Shown here one piece after another: positions 50,598 to 63,228 of a DNA stretch of 64,000 nt. The DNA is taken from positions 62,001 through 126,000 of the forward strand of contig CAJFCJ010000007.1 in the NCBI GenBank assembly GCA_904063045.1, read 5' to 3'. The first letter of the stretch is position 1, and the number at the start of each line of letters is the position of its first letter. Under the pieces are notes generated by a model. The model saw nothing but the letters and a program-made list of their open reading frames with translations. It did no database searches and was not told the origin of the DNA. Made by a program: the position numbers and the translations under genes. The DNA comes from Dimorphilus gyrociliatus. Lineage: Eukaryota > Animalia > Annelida.

Positions 50598-53500
50598 CAT
50601 ATTGTATACTTATAATATTTATTAATCCAGAAAATGCGATTTTTGTAACGCTAATTATGTAATTTTCTTTATACATTATATTTAATTAAACATACATCTT
50701 TTTTATTCAATGTAAAAACTTATAAATATATCCATTGGGAAACAATAGTATTACATTTTGAGGAGATTCTTTCATCAGATTGATTTTTGAAATTTCAGGT
50801 AAAACAGTTGATGTAACGAGTAAGATTAGCTTACTTAATAGAGTATTAAGGCTTTATGAAACTGTATACAAACTTGTTTGTAGTTTGATAATTCTTCTTT
50901 CTTAACTCATTTCTTCAGTCAAACAGTTTTAACATAATTAGTTTTATATTACTTTACTACTTTTATTCTCCTCCCCTCCTTTCACTAGTATTACTTCATT
51001 GACATCAAGTGTATTCATGCGTTCTTTAAGGTTTCATATTAGAATCAATCATTTCACAATGTTTTAGCTTTTAATAGATATTTACCCTAATTACCATTTA
51101 TCTGTATAATAAATGCAAAACAACAAAAATTGAAACATAGATCAACAAGTAAGAATGAGAAAAGATGATGTACACCACATTTTCTGCTACTCTCAAATAA
51201 TAACAAAATAATGATTTGAAATGTTCGTGATAATAAGAATCTGTTTAGTTGGCTCCCATATGTGTCTTTTATCATAATGATTATATGTTGCAAGGGGTAA
51301 TGACCTGCAAAAAGTTACGAATTTTATTCTTATTTACCCAACAGTTAAGTATTTAGCACTTAAAAAGCCTCTTTTCACTTCTTAGGTGTTAATTCAGCAT
51401 CAAGAAAATGTAGTTGCTATTATTGTTCTATTTTGAGAGAAGGGTACAGGGGGTTGAAAATCATATGAGCATTACTGCTATGGCAATTTAGTGTTAGTAG
51501 TGCATTGTAATTTTACTTGGTATTTTAAGTCAAAATAGAAGGTAGCTTGCTAATTATATGATCGTTTACAATGACTCAAAAAGATACCCTCTTTATTTTC
51601 TTTGATTTTTTATATAAAAACAACAAAGTTTAAATATATTCATTACATTTCCCAATGGAAATATTTATTAAATATTAGTTAACGCTAATTTATATATAAC
51701 TAAACTAATTAAACGAGATACTAAAAGCCGTATTAATCAGTGTAACTCGATAAAAAATATAAGTTAGTTAGCTGTCATAACGAAAATAAAGGTACACTAT
51801 CTAATGAATAAAAAGCACAATATTCTTTTTCCCCTTCAAAGTTTCCTAATAAACGATGGCAATTATGTAAAAATATAAAAACAAATATATATATAGCTAA
51901 AAATAGCCACCTATCATGCATTAATGAACAATTTAATAAGACCTACATATTGGTTCAATAGACGTTTTCAAGAATTTCTTTAAGTAAGATCAATCAAAAT
52001 TCTACTGTTTTTCGTTTTTTACTGTTATTAAACTTTATATATATAAAGAGAAAAGACTGAATATTATTTTACAATAGATCTGTAAATTCTATAAAATATT
52101 ATAAACAAAGAAACTAAAAAATTGCTTATCTTTAATAAACCCTTGACATATTATTTCAACTTGACCGAATTTGTAGAAGATTGAACCGTCTGCCTAAAAA
52201 GAATTGGATAAACAAATGAGCCATATATTACAATCTGCATAAGAACGATAAAGGATAAAAATAAATAACAAGAAAAAATCCCAAACTACCGTTTGTTTGG
52301 GTTTTTAATAGAACGTACACTGCTTTTTTTAGGGTGTTAAATACTACTTCAGATATTTGACAGAAAAGCTTTTTTTCGTACGGATATTTATCCATAATTC
52401 AATTTCCAATTGCTGAAATATCAGTAATAGGTTCTTATTGAAAATATGCTTTGGTTAGATGTTTAAGAGCAATTTGAGAATTTATTAAAGCTTCTTATCA
52501 CTATAAGCGATTCCATTAATTTTATATAGTTTATAAAGAAATATAATTAATAGTTTAATAAATAATACGATCGGGCATTGAACGAAATTTGATACTATGC
52601 GATTAAGGGATGAAAAGGAATGAAAACCATTATAGTTTGATATATATTCATATAGAGGGAAAGACGCTGTAATAGAATGTATAAACGTATATAGGTTATA
52701 TATAGTAGATTACATAAATACATTTAAGAGTGTTAAATCTTTATCTCTAAACTATTTAGCAAACTAATAAGCTCATTCTTATAAGCATTGCATATAGTGT
52801 ATACAGTATAATACCTATACTTATTCATTTGTACATGTGCTGCTTCGTCTTGGGGATATGATTATAATTCATATTATAAATAATAAGCTATTTAAAAGAC
52901 AGATTCTTTACTCCCTGCATCTATTTCCCTGATAGTCAACACGTATGGATTATAAAATAATGATCGTATTGTATAAATATATTTTAATAAGCCTGAAAGA
53001 GAAAACTAATATATATCCAATTTATTCTATCATCAAGTTGAGGTCAAGTCTAATAAACAAAGCTGATCAATGGTGAAAAAAGTAAACGTCAAATAAAGCG
53101 AATACAAAAATGAGAAACCTAATAGTAAATAAGCCTATAAGGCTTTTGTACATTCTGGATTTGATTAAAATTCTTCTCCATATTGATAGTTTCATTGCCA
53201 AAGATGAAAAAAGTAACGATAAAATCCTTCTTTCAGCATTTCTATTAGTTTTAAACCCTTCAATGAATAAGCATAGGTACTTTTTCTTCATCTTTTCTGT
53301 TTTTTCTTAATTTCATAATCATTCGACAATCAGGAGTAACATTTGAGAGATAAAATATAAATTCTATTTATTAAAAGATTCTTATGACACTCATCTGCTT
53401 GAAACTGTATCTTGAAAATAACATTTTCCATAGATTTATTATGCGTTTCCCTATTTTCAAACTTAATATTACTGATTATAAAAATATTCCTCTTCTATCT

Positions 53501-56500
53501 ATATCAATAATCTAGAGTTGAAAACATTTTACAGAGAAGAAAGGAAATAGAATAGGGAATAAAATGATAAAAAATAACGAGAATTTGTCGTATGAACCAT
53601 GCAATTGTGGATTTAATGACATTGATACGCTCTCACTTACAGCAAAAATTATTTCCTTTTTTTAAATACTATTGCTCCTAAGCTACTCTAATTGCTTTAC
53701 TGCAATAGGTTCTACAACAAAGTACGTTGTTATAGAACACGAATATTATTGTATTCCTCCCTCAGGTAAAGCAAATAGAATAATCCAAAATACTGTATAT
53801 CATATCTCAAAGAATTCAATTGAAAAATAATATTTCGCCAGATATCAAAAAACATGACAGAAAGAGAGAAAAGAGAGAGAGAGACGAGTGAAAAAGTAAT
53901 TTATCCTTTCAGAGATATGATTATTTTTTTGTAAGAAATCTAATAATTTATTCTTATGTTTTATTCTAATCTATAATGATGATCAATAAAATGTATAAAA
54001 TGTTTAATGACAGTCTTGTATATTGTTTTCCATAGTTCTATTAGTATGTTAGATAGTTAGAAATATGTAAATTAATAGAATAATAGTATGATAAGAAATT
54101 CAAAGAATGATTTGCATTGTTTAATTTTTCATTGGTAGTTTTCCAATGCTAATCTATATGTATATTATATCGATATATTGCATATATATGTATAATTTTA
54201 TAACTTGTTTTTTTACAAACTTACTCTTTATCTCGCAAAGATCCCAATTTCCTTCAATATATTCTTTAAAAGATAATTACCTTTACTAAATGCCTGTATA
54301 ATTAGATTATAAATGATTGTCAATTACGAAAAGATAAAGGAAATATTCGAGTATTTTCACAATGGTATACGAAAGGCTGTCTTTACTTTGGAATTACTTT
54401 ACAAAATTTTGAATGATAACAGATTAATCGTATTATAAATTTAGTATTCCAGTTAGATAAAGAAAAAGCTGTTGATGGAATAAAGTAATTTGTTTTTTTC
54501 TTTCTTGGATACTAAGATTGTAGAACGTACTTTCTGGAATTTCTTATGTATATTTTGTTTTTTTTTCTTTTTTGTTCCATTTTATATTTGTAATACGAAT
54601 GATAAAAATTTTCTTATAACAATTTGCCTATAATTAGAAAAGCTGTCATACTACTTTAACAATTAAGTTTTTCCTTGAATAGTGTAATAATAGAGTTAAA
54701 ACTAATTCTTAAGATACATTACGTATACATATTTTCAATTAGAAAACGCCATCTGTAGGCATGGAATAGAAGTTTTAACGTCTCGCTGGGATAAACAATT
54801 GTTTTTATCATTTCGTTTTATCTTTGAATTGGTTGAATGTCTCTTTGAAAATGTTAGAAATTAATTACATATTGTATTATCGATAAAATCCCCGTTAAGA
54901 AACCATTTTTCAACAACAATCATATCTTTGATTGATAATATTAGTACTAAAGAATAAGGTATTCTTCACAAAAGCACTTCAACGCTGTCAACAAGCCTTG
55001 TGATGTTCCTGACTTTTATGATAATAAAAACAAATGCTGATTTTAAAAGAGATTTTAATCTATTAAGTCATTTACATTGGATTAGGAAATACGAAACGTT
55101 AAAAGGCAAATGAATTTTTATTATAAAGCAAAACTAAAAACAAAAAATAGCTTGGTAATACAAGCATTAAAGAGTTAAAATGTTCAGCTTTGTTTACTGT
55201 CTCTATTGAGATGAGATGCTAAAAGTTAGAATACGACTAAATACCGAACATGATTAGAAAGCTTGTCAAACTATGGATAATGTTTTGATGTTTATTTTTC
55301 AAAGGCAACATTCTTTCTGTTTTATTGTAAAATTATGAAGTAGCATTTCATAAATGAAGTACAATTCTTTAATAAATTCTAGACAAGAATATTATTCCTT
55401 TTAAAATATTTAAATATGGAGATAGAATTGAAGATAGAATGAAAACAAAACCAATAAATCGTATTAAAGTATGCACATACAATTGGCTCTTCCAAGAAAT
55501 TATTTACAATTAAGATGAGTAAGTTTCTCTTGTTATGGCTAAAATGATTGATAAAGTATAAAAGTACTTTCATTCTAGTATTTCTTTACTTACGTTAGCT
55601 TTGAGAAAAATATAATTCAACGATTTTTAAATTTGCGCTTTTCATATCCCTAAATAGAAATACATTAGAAATATTAACATCATATACTTCAATTCAGAAA
55701 TGACTTTTATTCAACTAAAATCTTTTTGTCCTTCGAAAAAAATGGAATTCTTCTTAAAAGAAATAAGAAATGCGTTAAAAGAGATTCTATTGACAATAAT
55801 TTAATATAAAATATAATATAAAAATACATCAGATGATTATTGATATTTAAGGTAAACTTACCATTTTTTTTTTCAGTATTTCTTTACAACTCTGCAAGTT
55901 CTATAAGATAAATTCTAGGCCGATATTTTTATTTTTTATTTTAATTTGATATTTCTTCTTTGGACTAAAAAAATGATATTGGAAAAGCGATATTCACTAT
56001 AACCTATAATTTCCCTATAATTATCTGAAAATTAAAGAAGGACATTTGCCTTTATGTCTCATCTTTCACTAAAATAATACCCCTTTCTAGGATGTCTCTT
56101 TTTTTAGATGTTTATTGTCGTACTTTCATTATTTCAATTTATATCCAAAATTATATCTACATCAATATGTTGCAGTATTCTAAAATTATGTTTAATATAA
56201 CCTAATATAGAACATATTAATAGATAAAACTCAGTATCCTTTAATTAATGTACTCTTATTAGGATATAATTTTCCAAATGATAAAATCAAATAGACAGGT
56301 GGCATCTTCGGTCAAGTATCTTTCACTTTTTGTCATTGCTACTATAAACTTTCAAGAGGTAACAATAAAATATGTTTTATAAATAACAAACTAAGTTTAT
56401 TAAACTTATTATTAGTAAGTTACTAGAATAATTATATGTGAGGAAACTAACTTTGTTTTCTAATATAACCGGATGAGAGGTTTGCTTATCATTGTTAATT

Positions 56501-56746
56501 TTTTTTTCTTTAGTCTACAACAGAGGTACAAGGCTAAAGGCAAAAGTTAATGAACGCTACTAATTAGATCAGAGAAGAATAAAGTATTCTTTTTTCTATG
56601 AAAGAAATATAATAACTTTGGGAAGTTTCACTAAATGAATTCTTCAGAAAGTGTAACAATTTTAATTTAATAGGATACCATATAAAAGGGCAAAATACTT
56701 CATTAAAAAGAAACATTATTAGCTGTCTAGATATTCTTCAGTCGTC

Positions 56747-57801
56747 ATGAACAATTCTACGCTTAATGAAAAAGATAATGTATATCAACATCCCATGCCA
56801 TTAATTTTACGCGCTTTTCTTACGAGTTTAGTAGCCGTTCTATTGGTTGTTTGCAACATTTTTAGTATGAACGTTTTGGCAATGACCAAACAAATTCCAA
56901 AAATTTCCAGAATGTGTCTTATTAACTTGGCATTTGCTGATTGTATGCTGGGTCTTATTTCGTGCGCACCTTCAGTACCGTCATCTGTAACTGGAACTTG
57001 GTTATTTGGAGAAGTGTTTTGTCAAATTTCTGGAATGAACTTATGCGCAAACGCTACAGTATCAATTTGGAGCGTCTTATTAGTATCAATAGATCGCTAT
57101 TTCGCTATTTTACACCCAATGAAGTTAGTAAAATTGTTTTACTGTCTGATAATGTTACATAAGATGTTAATTTTAATAGATACAGAGATATAATTACTGA
57201 AAAACGTTTACGAATTACAATCGGCTTTATGTGGCTGGGAGCTTACGGTTTATTCGTTTTACCAGTTCTCCTTAGTAAGAGATTTATTTATTATATATAC
57301 TCACCAAAGGAAATTGTATGTGGAGATTTTTGGCAATTTGCTTGGTTCGGTATTATGGCTGTCGTATCTGTTCCTGTTCTAACATCAATTGGACTTTTAT
57401 ATTGTACGATTAGCATTGTTCTTCATTTGAGAGCACATAAAAATCAAATAAGCGATGGTTCAAAAGCATCGGATGGAGCTTCTAAAAGAAATATCAAAGC
57501 TATCAAATTGTTAGTCATAACAGCATCAGCCTATTATTTAGCTTGGATGCCATATGCAATTCATTTATTTATTGTCTTAATACCAAAGGATCCTCCTTTC
57601 GTCCACCCTGTGCTCAAATTTTGTCTTTTATGGACTGGAATGTCAAACAGTTTTACAAATGTGTTAATTTACTTGTCAGTTTACGCTGCCTTCAGACATA
57701 ATGGACTAATCCTTATAAATAAAGTAACATGTAAATTATGCCTTGGCAAAATTATTGAAAAAAGCCATCAAAGTACTCTGAATTCAACAGCAACAGGATA
57801 A
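56747..57801 (+). CDS. Class A orphan GPCR, GPR21/GPR52-like (332 aa, 2 exons)
   Basis: Exons 56747-57123 and 57180-57801 give 333 codons. It has NLAFAD, FCQISG..VSIDRYFAILHPMKY, AWMPY and WTGMSNSFTNVLIY. It lacks Asp3.32 and Lys7.43, and has Val instead of Pro in NPxxY. Confidence 0.8.
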
Positions 57802-59247
57802 ACGAAATTTCATCAATCAATCAAAGACTTCTTGTATAGTTTTATCTTATCCATATGAAATTAGAATCATCTTTATTCAAGTAACATTTTATTTATTTAA
57901 AAAACAACATAAAATAAATCATTTCTTTCTCTCTCTCTCTCTCTCTTACTATTTTTACCTTTGATCTGAGAGGGCTATTTGATAATTGATAACCTAAAAC
58001 TATAGAACAAAACTTGGTTTATTGAGTTTTATTTATCATTTAAAGTATAATCTGATAATGTAAATAAAAATAAGAGAAGAAACTAAAGTATCTCCTACTT
58101 TAAACATTAAATAAACAATATGTTGTTTGGCGTTTGTATTTAATTCATTTCAATCTATTTGTTTTTTGTATTATACCACAAAAATTGTATTATACTGTAT
58201 AACAAATAACTTATCCCTAAAGTAATAAACTACTCATTAACACCGTTTATAAGATATGGAAGAGAAGTTTGTTCAATATATACTTCGTATATAGTTACTG
58301 TACGCATTCATTATTTACTCTCATATGCTAATTAGGGGATGATTTAAATTTTTACAAAGAAACTTCAAACGTAAAAATCATAGTTCTTAACTATAGATAA
58401 AAGCACTTGTTAATATGATATAAAGGTTATTAATGTTAAACGATCATTTCTCAGATTACAAATATATGATTTATATCGATTTATATTATTTAAATAAATA
58501 ATAAACATTTTAAGTAAAAATCAATTTTTTTCTTTTTACATTAAATTATTGATTATAATTCTATAAATCATCTTACGACGTGTAACGACTCATTTAACAA
58601 TGATATATTGATTTGTAACGTAATTAAAACTTTTAGTGTACAAATACAAAAGAAACTTTTTGAATGGCACTACTTTAAATGTTTATTCATTCATTAAGTG
58701 AACAGATAAATATTATGAATTAAATATCAAAATAAATTTATTGAGTCATACGTCTTTAATCAATGAATAGACTAGAAAAAAACATATTACTTAATTAAAT
58801 TGTTTATCGAAGAGTTATCCGTCCAAAAAATAAGTTATAAAAAACACACTATCAGTTGTCCATAATCAGTTTAAAGATATGACTTCTTTTTTAAAATATA
58901 TGATGTAGAACTTGTTTCTTTTTTAAAGTGTAGACAGAATTGTTACGGTTTTTTTTTGTTGAATATTCCACATTTTATTTAAATATTTCCCAGTTTTATA
59001 CCATTTTCAATCTTTCGTTTAAGTAATAAATGTTATGAACAGTACTTGGACGCGCCTTATGCCTCTTTTGTCTATTGTGTAATTTATCTTGTATTTGATA
59101 TCATTGTTTGATAAGATTATTTAAAATAGTATAACATACTTTTCTAAAAAATGATAGTATATTATTAATTCACTGTGTCTGGTTGTTGATTAAGTGTATA
59201 ATTACCATTAGCAGACAAACTCTTGTCTACGATGTCATTGGATTTTT

Positions 59248-59285
<38 letters not shown>

Positions 59286-59418
59286 GATATCGTTTTAATT
59301 ATATATCCAAAGTATACTGTAGTATTCAGATTAAGCATTCATCAAGTTTCCTGAATAGGTCTATTAGCAAATTAAAGCACAAATACATGAAAAGCAATAG
59401 CCTTCATTTTTAGTTTCG

Positions 59419-59454
<36 letters not shown>

Positions 59455-59773
59455 ATTTTTTTAACGTTTTCGTCTCGCTTTTATCAGCTTTTATTTTTGT
59501 ATTGACATTCTACAATATCGTCATGACCTTCCTTTTCGTAATGTCAAATAAATGTCTTTCAATTTAGACTCGTACGAGACGTAACTTGAATTTCTTTTGA
59601 TTTCTTTAAGATTATCATATTGTTTGCTATTTTTTTGATATTCTATTTGAATTAAATCGTAGTCTTACACCAGTTTCGAGTGGAATAAGAATAATCCATA
59701 AAAATATCAAATTTCTGTCAAAGTTTATTTCAGGATTAAAAGATATTCAATTAGAAAAAGTATTGTAGTTTTA

Positions 59774-60481
59774 TTAAGTTTTATTATCGAAAGTGGGTAG
59801 TCTCAAATATCGGCAATCCTTTAAAGTCCTAAAGGCTTCATTTAAATAGCAATGTCCAATGTTGTCATTATTCTCCTCTTCTTCTGATTCTTCGACTAGT
59901 GTGGAGAGGAAAGCTCTAGTAACACTTTGCCTTTTAATGACATTCATTGCTACTGTTTTAAAGAGTTTTCCATCTTTATTTCTATCGTATTCTATACTAT
60001 TAGATCTGCTAGTGTTTTGAAAATTCAAACTTTCTGTTAGAAGAGAGCTTCTCAGAAATTTGTCAATATCCAATAATCTTCTTGTATCTTCTTCTGTATA
60101 ATCTAAATGTTTCGAGTTTGTCATACTCATAGTTCGACGAATTTCCCGTACATTTCTTTTTGGCACTGGAAAACTACTACTTACTAAACTGACCTTCCTA
60201 CTGTTTGGTATTTCCGGAAGAAAACTATGAACAACTCGCGAGAACTTATCATTAAGTAACTGATGTGAAACCGTCGGAGCCCAAGCTGGTAAAAGATTAT
60301 GACCATATTTGCCAACAAATACTTCATGGCTTCTCCTAAAAGCTGATAGTCTCTCTTTGCTTTCCATTTCCAAGCTTTGCCTATATTTCTCTAATTCTCT
60401 CTCTTCATGATGTAATAGCATTGATGTTGTCTTCCGCCGTTTTTTAGTCGTTTTTTCCATAGAAACCATTCTGTTATTCAT
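59774..60481 (-). CDS. Uncharacterised 235-aa protein with N-terminal coiled coil and C-terminal LKDCRYLR motif
   Basis: This is an intact single-exon ORF with a likely 5' UTR splice acceptor at 60522-60523 (cctcctcttgccag). It has basic, coiled-coil, Ser-rich and acidic segments. Confidence 0.75.
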   Translation of the reverse strand: MNNRMVSMEKTTKKRRKTTSMLLHHEERELEKYRQSLEMESKERLSAFRRSHEVFVGKYGHNLLPAWAPTVSHQLLNDKFSRVVHSFLPEIPNSRKVSLVSSSFPVPKRNVREIRRTMSMTNSKHLDYTEEDTRRLLDIDKFLRSSLLTESLNFQNTSRSNSIEYDRNKDGKLFKTVAMNVIKRQSVTRAFLSTLVEESEEEENNDNIGHCYLNEAFRTLKDCRYLRLPTFDNKT

Positions 60482-61039
60482 TACTGTATATTCTACTATG
60501 CGTAAATTTAAATTTCAAAGACTGGCAAGAGGAGGAAATTAAGTAACTAAGCAACAAGCCGTTTGGAGCATAGCCTAATTGGATTTAAAAATTGATTTTC
60601 CAGTTCAATCGGAAGTGTTTGAACAAGCATTAGATGCTATTCGATTAATCATGTTAGTTTTTAGCTCTAAATTATTAGATTCTTTTAGCATTAAATAATT
60701 CATCCAAGCAGCAGTTTTCATTTACTTTAAAATTGTGAACCTTTTCACGTTTCAAAAGAAAAACTATTTATCAAAATATATTTTAGTTTATTAAGATTCG
60801 ATTTAAACAGAAATGTAATCATTATATCTGAAAAAGATATACACATTTCTTATTATTACTATTCAAAGAGAGAATATTAAAAATCATTAAATCAATATAT
60901 TTTTCAAGTTGTATGTAGGGATGAAAACGTAAAAGTGCGAATAGAAGCCAAAAAGATTAATAAATATAATAGCGATGATTCCCAAATTCAGATATAGTAA
61001 TTCAAAAATCCATTCTAAGTACGCCCCCTATTGTCTGTC

Positions 61040-61395
61040 TTAAAACAAGTGCTTGCGGACTTGGACTAGATTTTGTATAGACAAATTTACATATTGAAAT
61101 GCATGTTTAAACTCTGGATCATTTGGATTAACACATGCGAAGTAAAAGAAATATGTTAGAGCATGTATAGAAAAGCTTATGGTTTGTTGCTTACAAAGTA
61201 AGGCATTATTAATTATAAATTTCAAACAGGTGGCAGCACAATTATTTTCAAGAATTTCGCCGAAATTAACTGTCAAAAATATTCTAAAAGTTTCAATTTC
61301 CCTACTGAAAGCTATAAAATATTGACCTATACAATACATGAACGATAGAAAAGTTACAATCGATAAAGTAAACGATGCAAAGTGTTTTTTACAAC
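61040..61395 (-). CDS. Possible terminal exon of an unidentified gene
   Basis: A 118-codon open frame follows a ttttttcaag acceptor. I recognise no homology and could not assemble upstream exons. Confidence 0.3.
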
Positions 61396-63004
61396 CTTGA
61401 AAAAATTTTATGATAAACACTTTTTTTTAATTTCTTTAGATAAAAATATCCATTAGTCTACAATATAATCATATTTAATATAAATACATAACAAATTGGC
61501 CTGTAGTGAAAGTATATATACAGTGGCTGACAACGATTTTTGTGAAAGGCCTATTTTGAACAATTTTTTAAAAATTTACCCTTAAAAATATATATATTAG
61601 TATATACTAATATATATATATATGTGTGTTGAAAAGTGCCTTTAAAACTTAAGTTTATTCTCTCCTCTAATAATGTATAACGTATTCTTTTTTAATACTA
61701 TGACCTTCTTATTATAAAAGAAAAACAACTAATATAAAATGTAACGTCGTATTCTGTTCATTTACTTATAATTTTCTTTCTTATCTGGATTAATAGCCTA
61801 TAGTTTTGACATAGCTCATTTTGTAATCCACTGTTTATTATATTATTTTCAACATAAAAAATATATTCCAAAGAAAAACCTGACAAGATAATTAAAAAGT
61901 AAGTTTCAGATGGTAAAAGTTACCGGACTATTGCTGATTTCTCTTCAAACGAAGAGATTAGTAATTTAAAACCTTATCAAATATACATAAAACAAAAGTA
62001 AAATTTGAAGGAAGATTTGAAAGAATATAGGTCTTGCAAACGAAAAAAAGCATTGGTCAAGATTAACAGAGAGCAGGGAAGATATATTGAAAGTATTGAG
62101 GAGGGGGAGGAAAGGTTTAAAGAAAAAAAAACCTTTTTCTTTGTAAAAAGACAAAAAAAGAAAGCGAAATAAAACAAAATGTGTTAAATATATTTATAGT
62201 GTGTTTATCAGAGTGTAGACTAATAATTAAATGGTGAAACTGATAAATGCATGTTTTCTATGAATGGATTAGATAATTTCGATACTTAATCACTTAATCC
62301 AAGAAGATTAAGACCTCAGGATGAAAATTTCAATACAAGGAACACGAATAATTTATGTAATATGTTGAAAAATGTTGTTAATGAGTCTGCTGTTAAAGCA
62401 AATTTGCCCAGAAAAGAAGCAAAGGGATAATAGACCCTATTCACCTTAAAGAAGAGGGTTTTATTGAAGATGCTTAATCAGTTTTTAACTGACTATCTAA
62501 AGTTATAAAAGACAGTTTACCTTTCTACACAATTAGCAAAACTTGAAAAGCTAAATGTATGCATTACAAATTTATAGGCAATATGAATTGAATATGATGT
62601 CAATTTTTGTAATTTTTGTTTCTTACACTAATAGATTTTGGTGAAAAAGAATTTGAATTATTCAAAAAACTTTTTAAAAGACAATCTAAAAAAGAAAACC
62701 AGCTTAATTTATAACAATTTGATGCATACAAAAGCCATTTTTTAGGGCTGTCTATCTAGGTGAAATATGTAAAACTTGTTCAAGATAGGCCTTGAATAAA
62801 TACCGTAGTTGGCCACTACATAGATACATGTATATATACTGGATACAATTATACAAGTACATATTGTATGCATATACATTGTACAAAATATTTATATATT
62901 CTAGGTATTTATTAATAAAGAACTAGATCAACGACGAATCGTTTCTTATAATTATCCTATCTAATTTATAAAAATGATTAGAAAAAGTTTTTTTTATTAT
63001 TTTG

Positions 63005-63228
63005 GCGCCATCTGCTCATGATAAAAACTTTTTATGAATCTCTTTTTCTTTAAAATCTAGCGATTGTCATGATTTTTAGTCATTTCTACTGAAGCATTAT
63101 CTATCTATTCTTGCGTTTACTTCCTACTTTTTGTACGTTAATTTATCAAATTATATAGGCTTAGTATCTTTTTCACCTCAACTAAAAGTGACCTTCAAAA
63201 AAACTACGTGTCAACACTAGATGACGCT
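63005..63228. promoter_or_regulatory. Divergent pair of CTCF-like motifs
   Basis: 63005-63017 reverse-complements to GAGCAGATGGCGC and 63215-63228 reads CACTAGATGACGCT. Confidence 0.5.

Noticed and set aside
51500-51509. GTGCATTGTA, matching the first 10 nt of miR-33
   Set aside because: The match stops at 10 nt and no precursor hairpin is visible.
56747-57801. Opsin or biogenic-amine receptor call for the GPCR
   Set aside because: Position 7.43 is Met (no retinal Lys) and position 3.32 is Leu (no amine-binding Asp).
60520-60730. Plus-strand mini-gene TGKRRKL/IQSEVFEQALDAIRLI
   Set aside because: It terminates within a few codons and is better explained as the 5' UTR/intron of the minus-strand gene at 60481.
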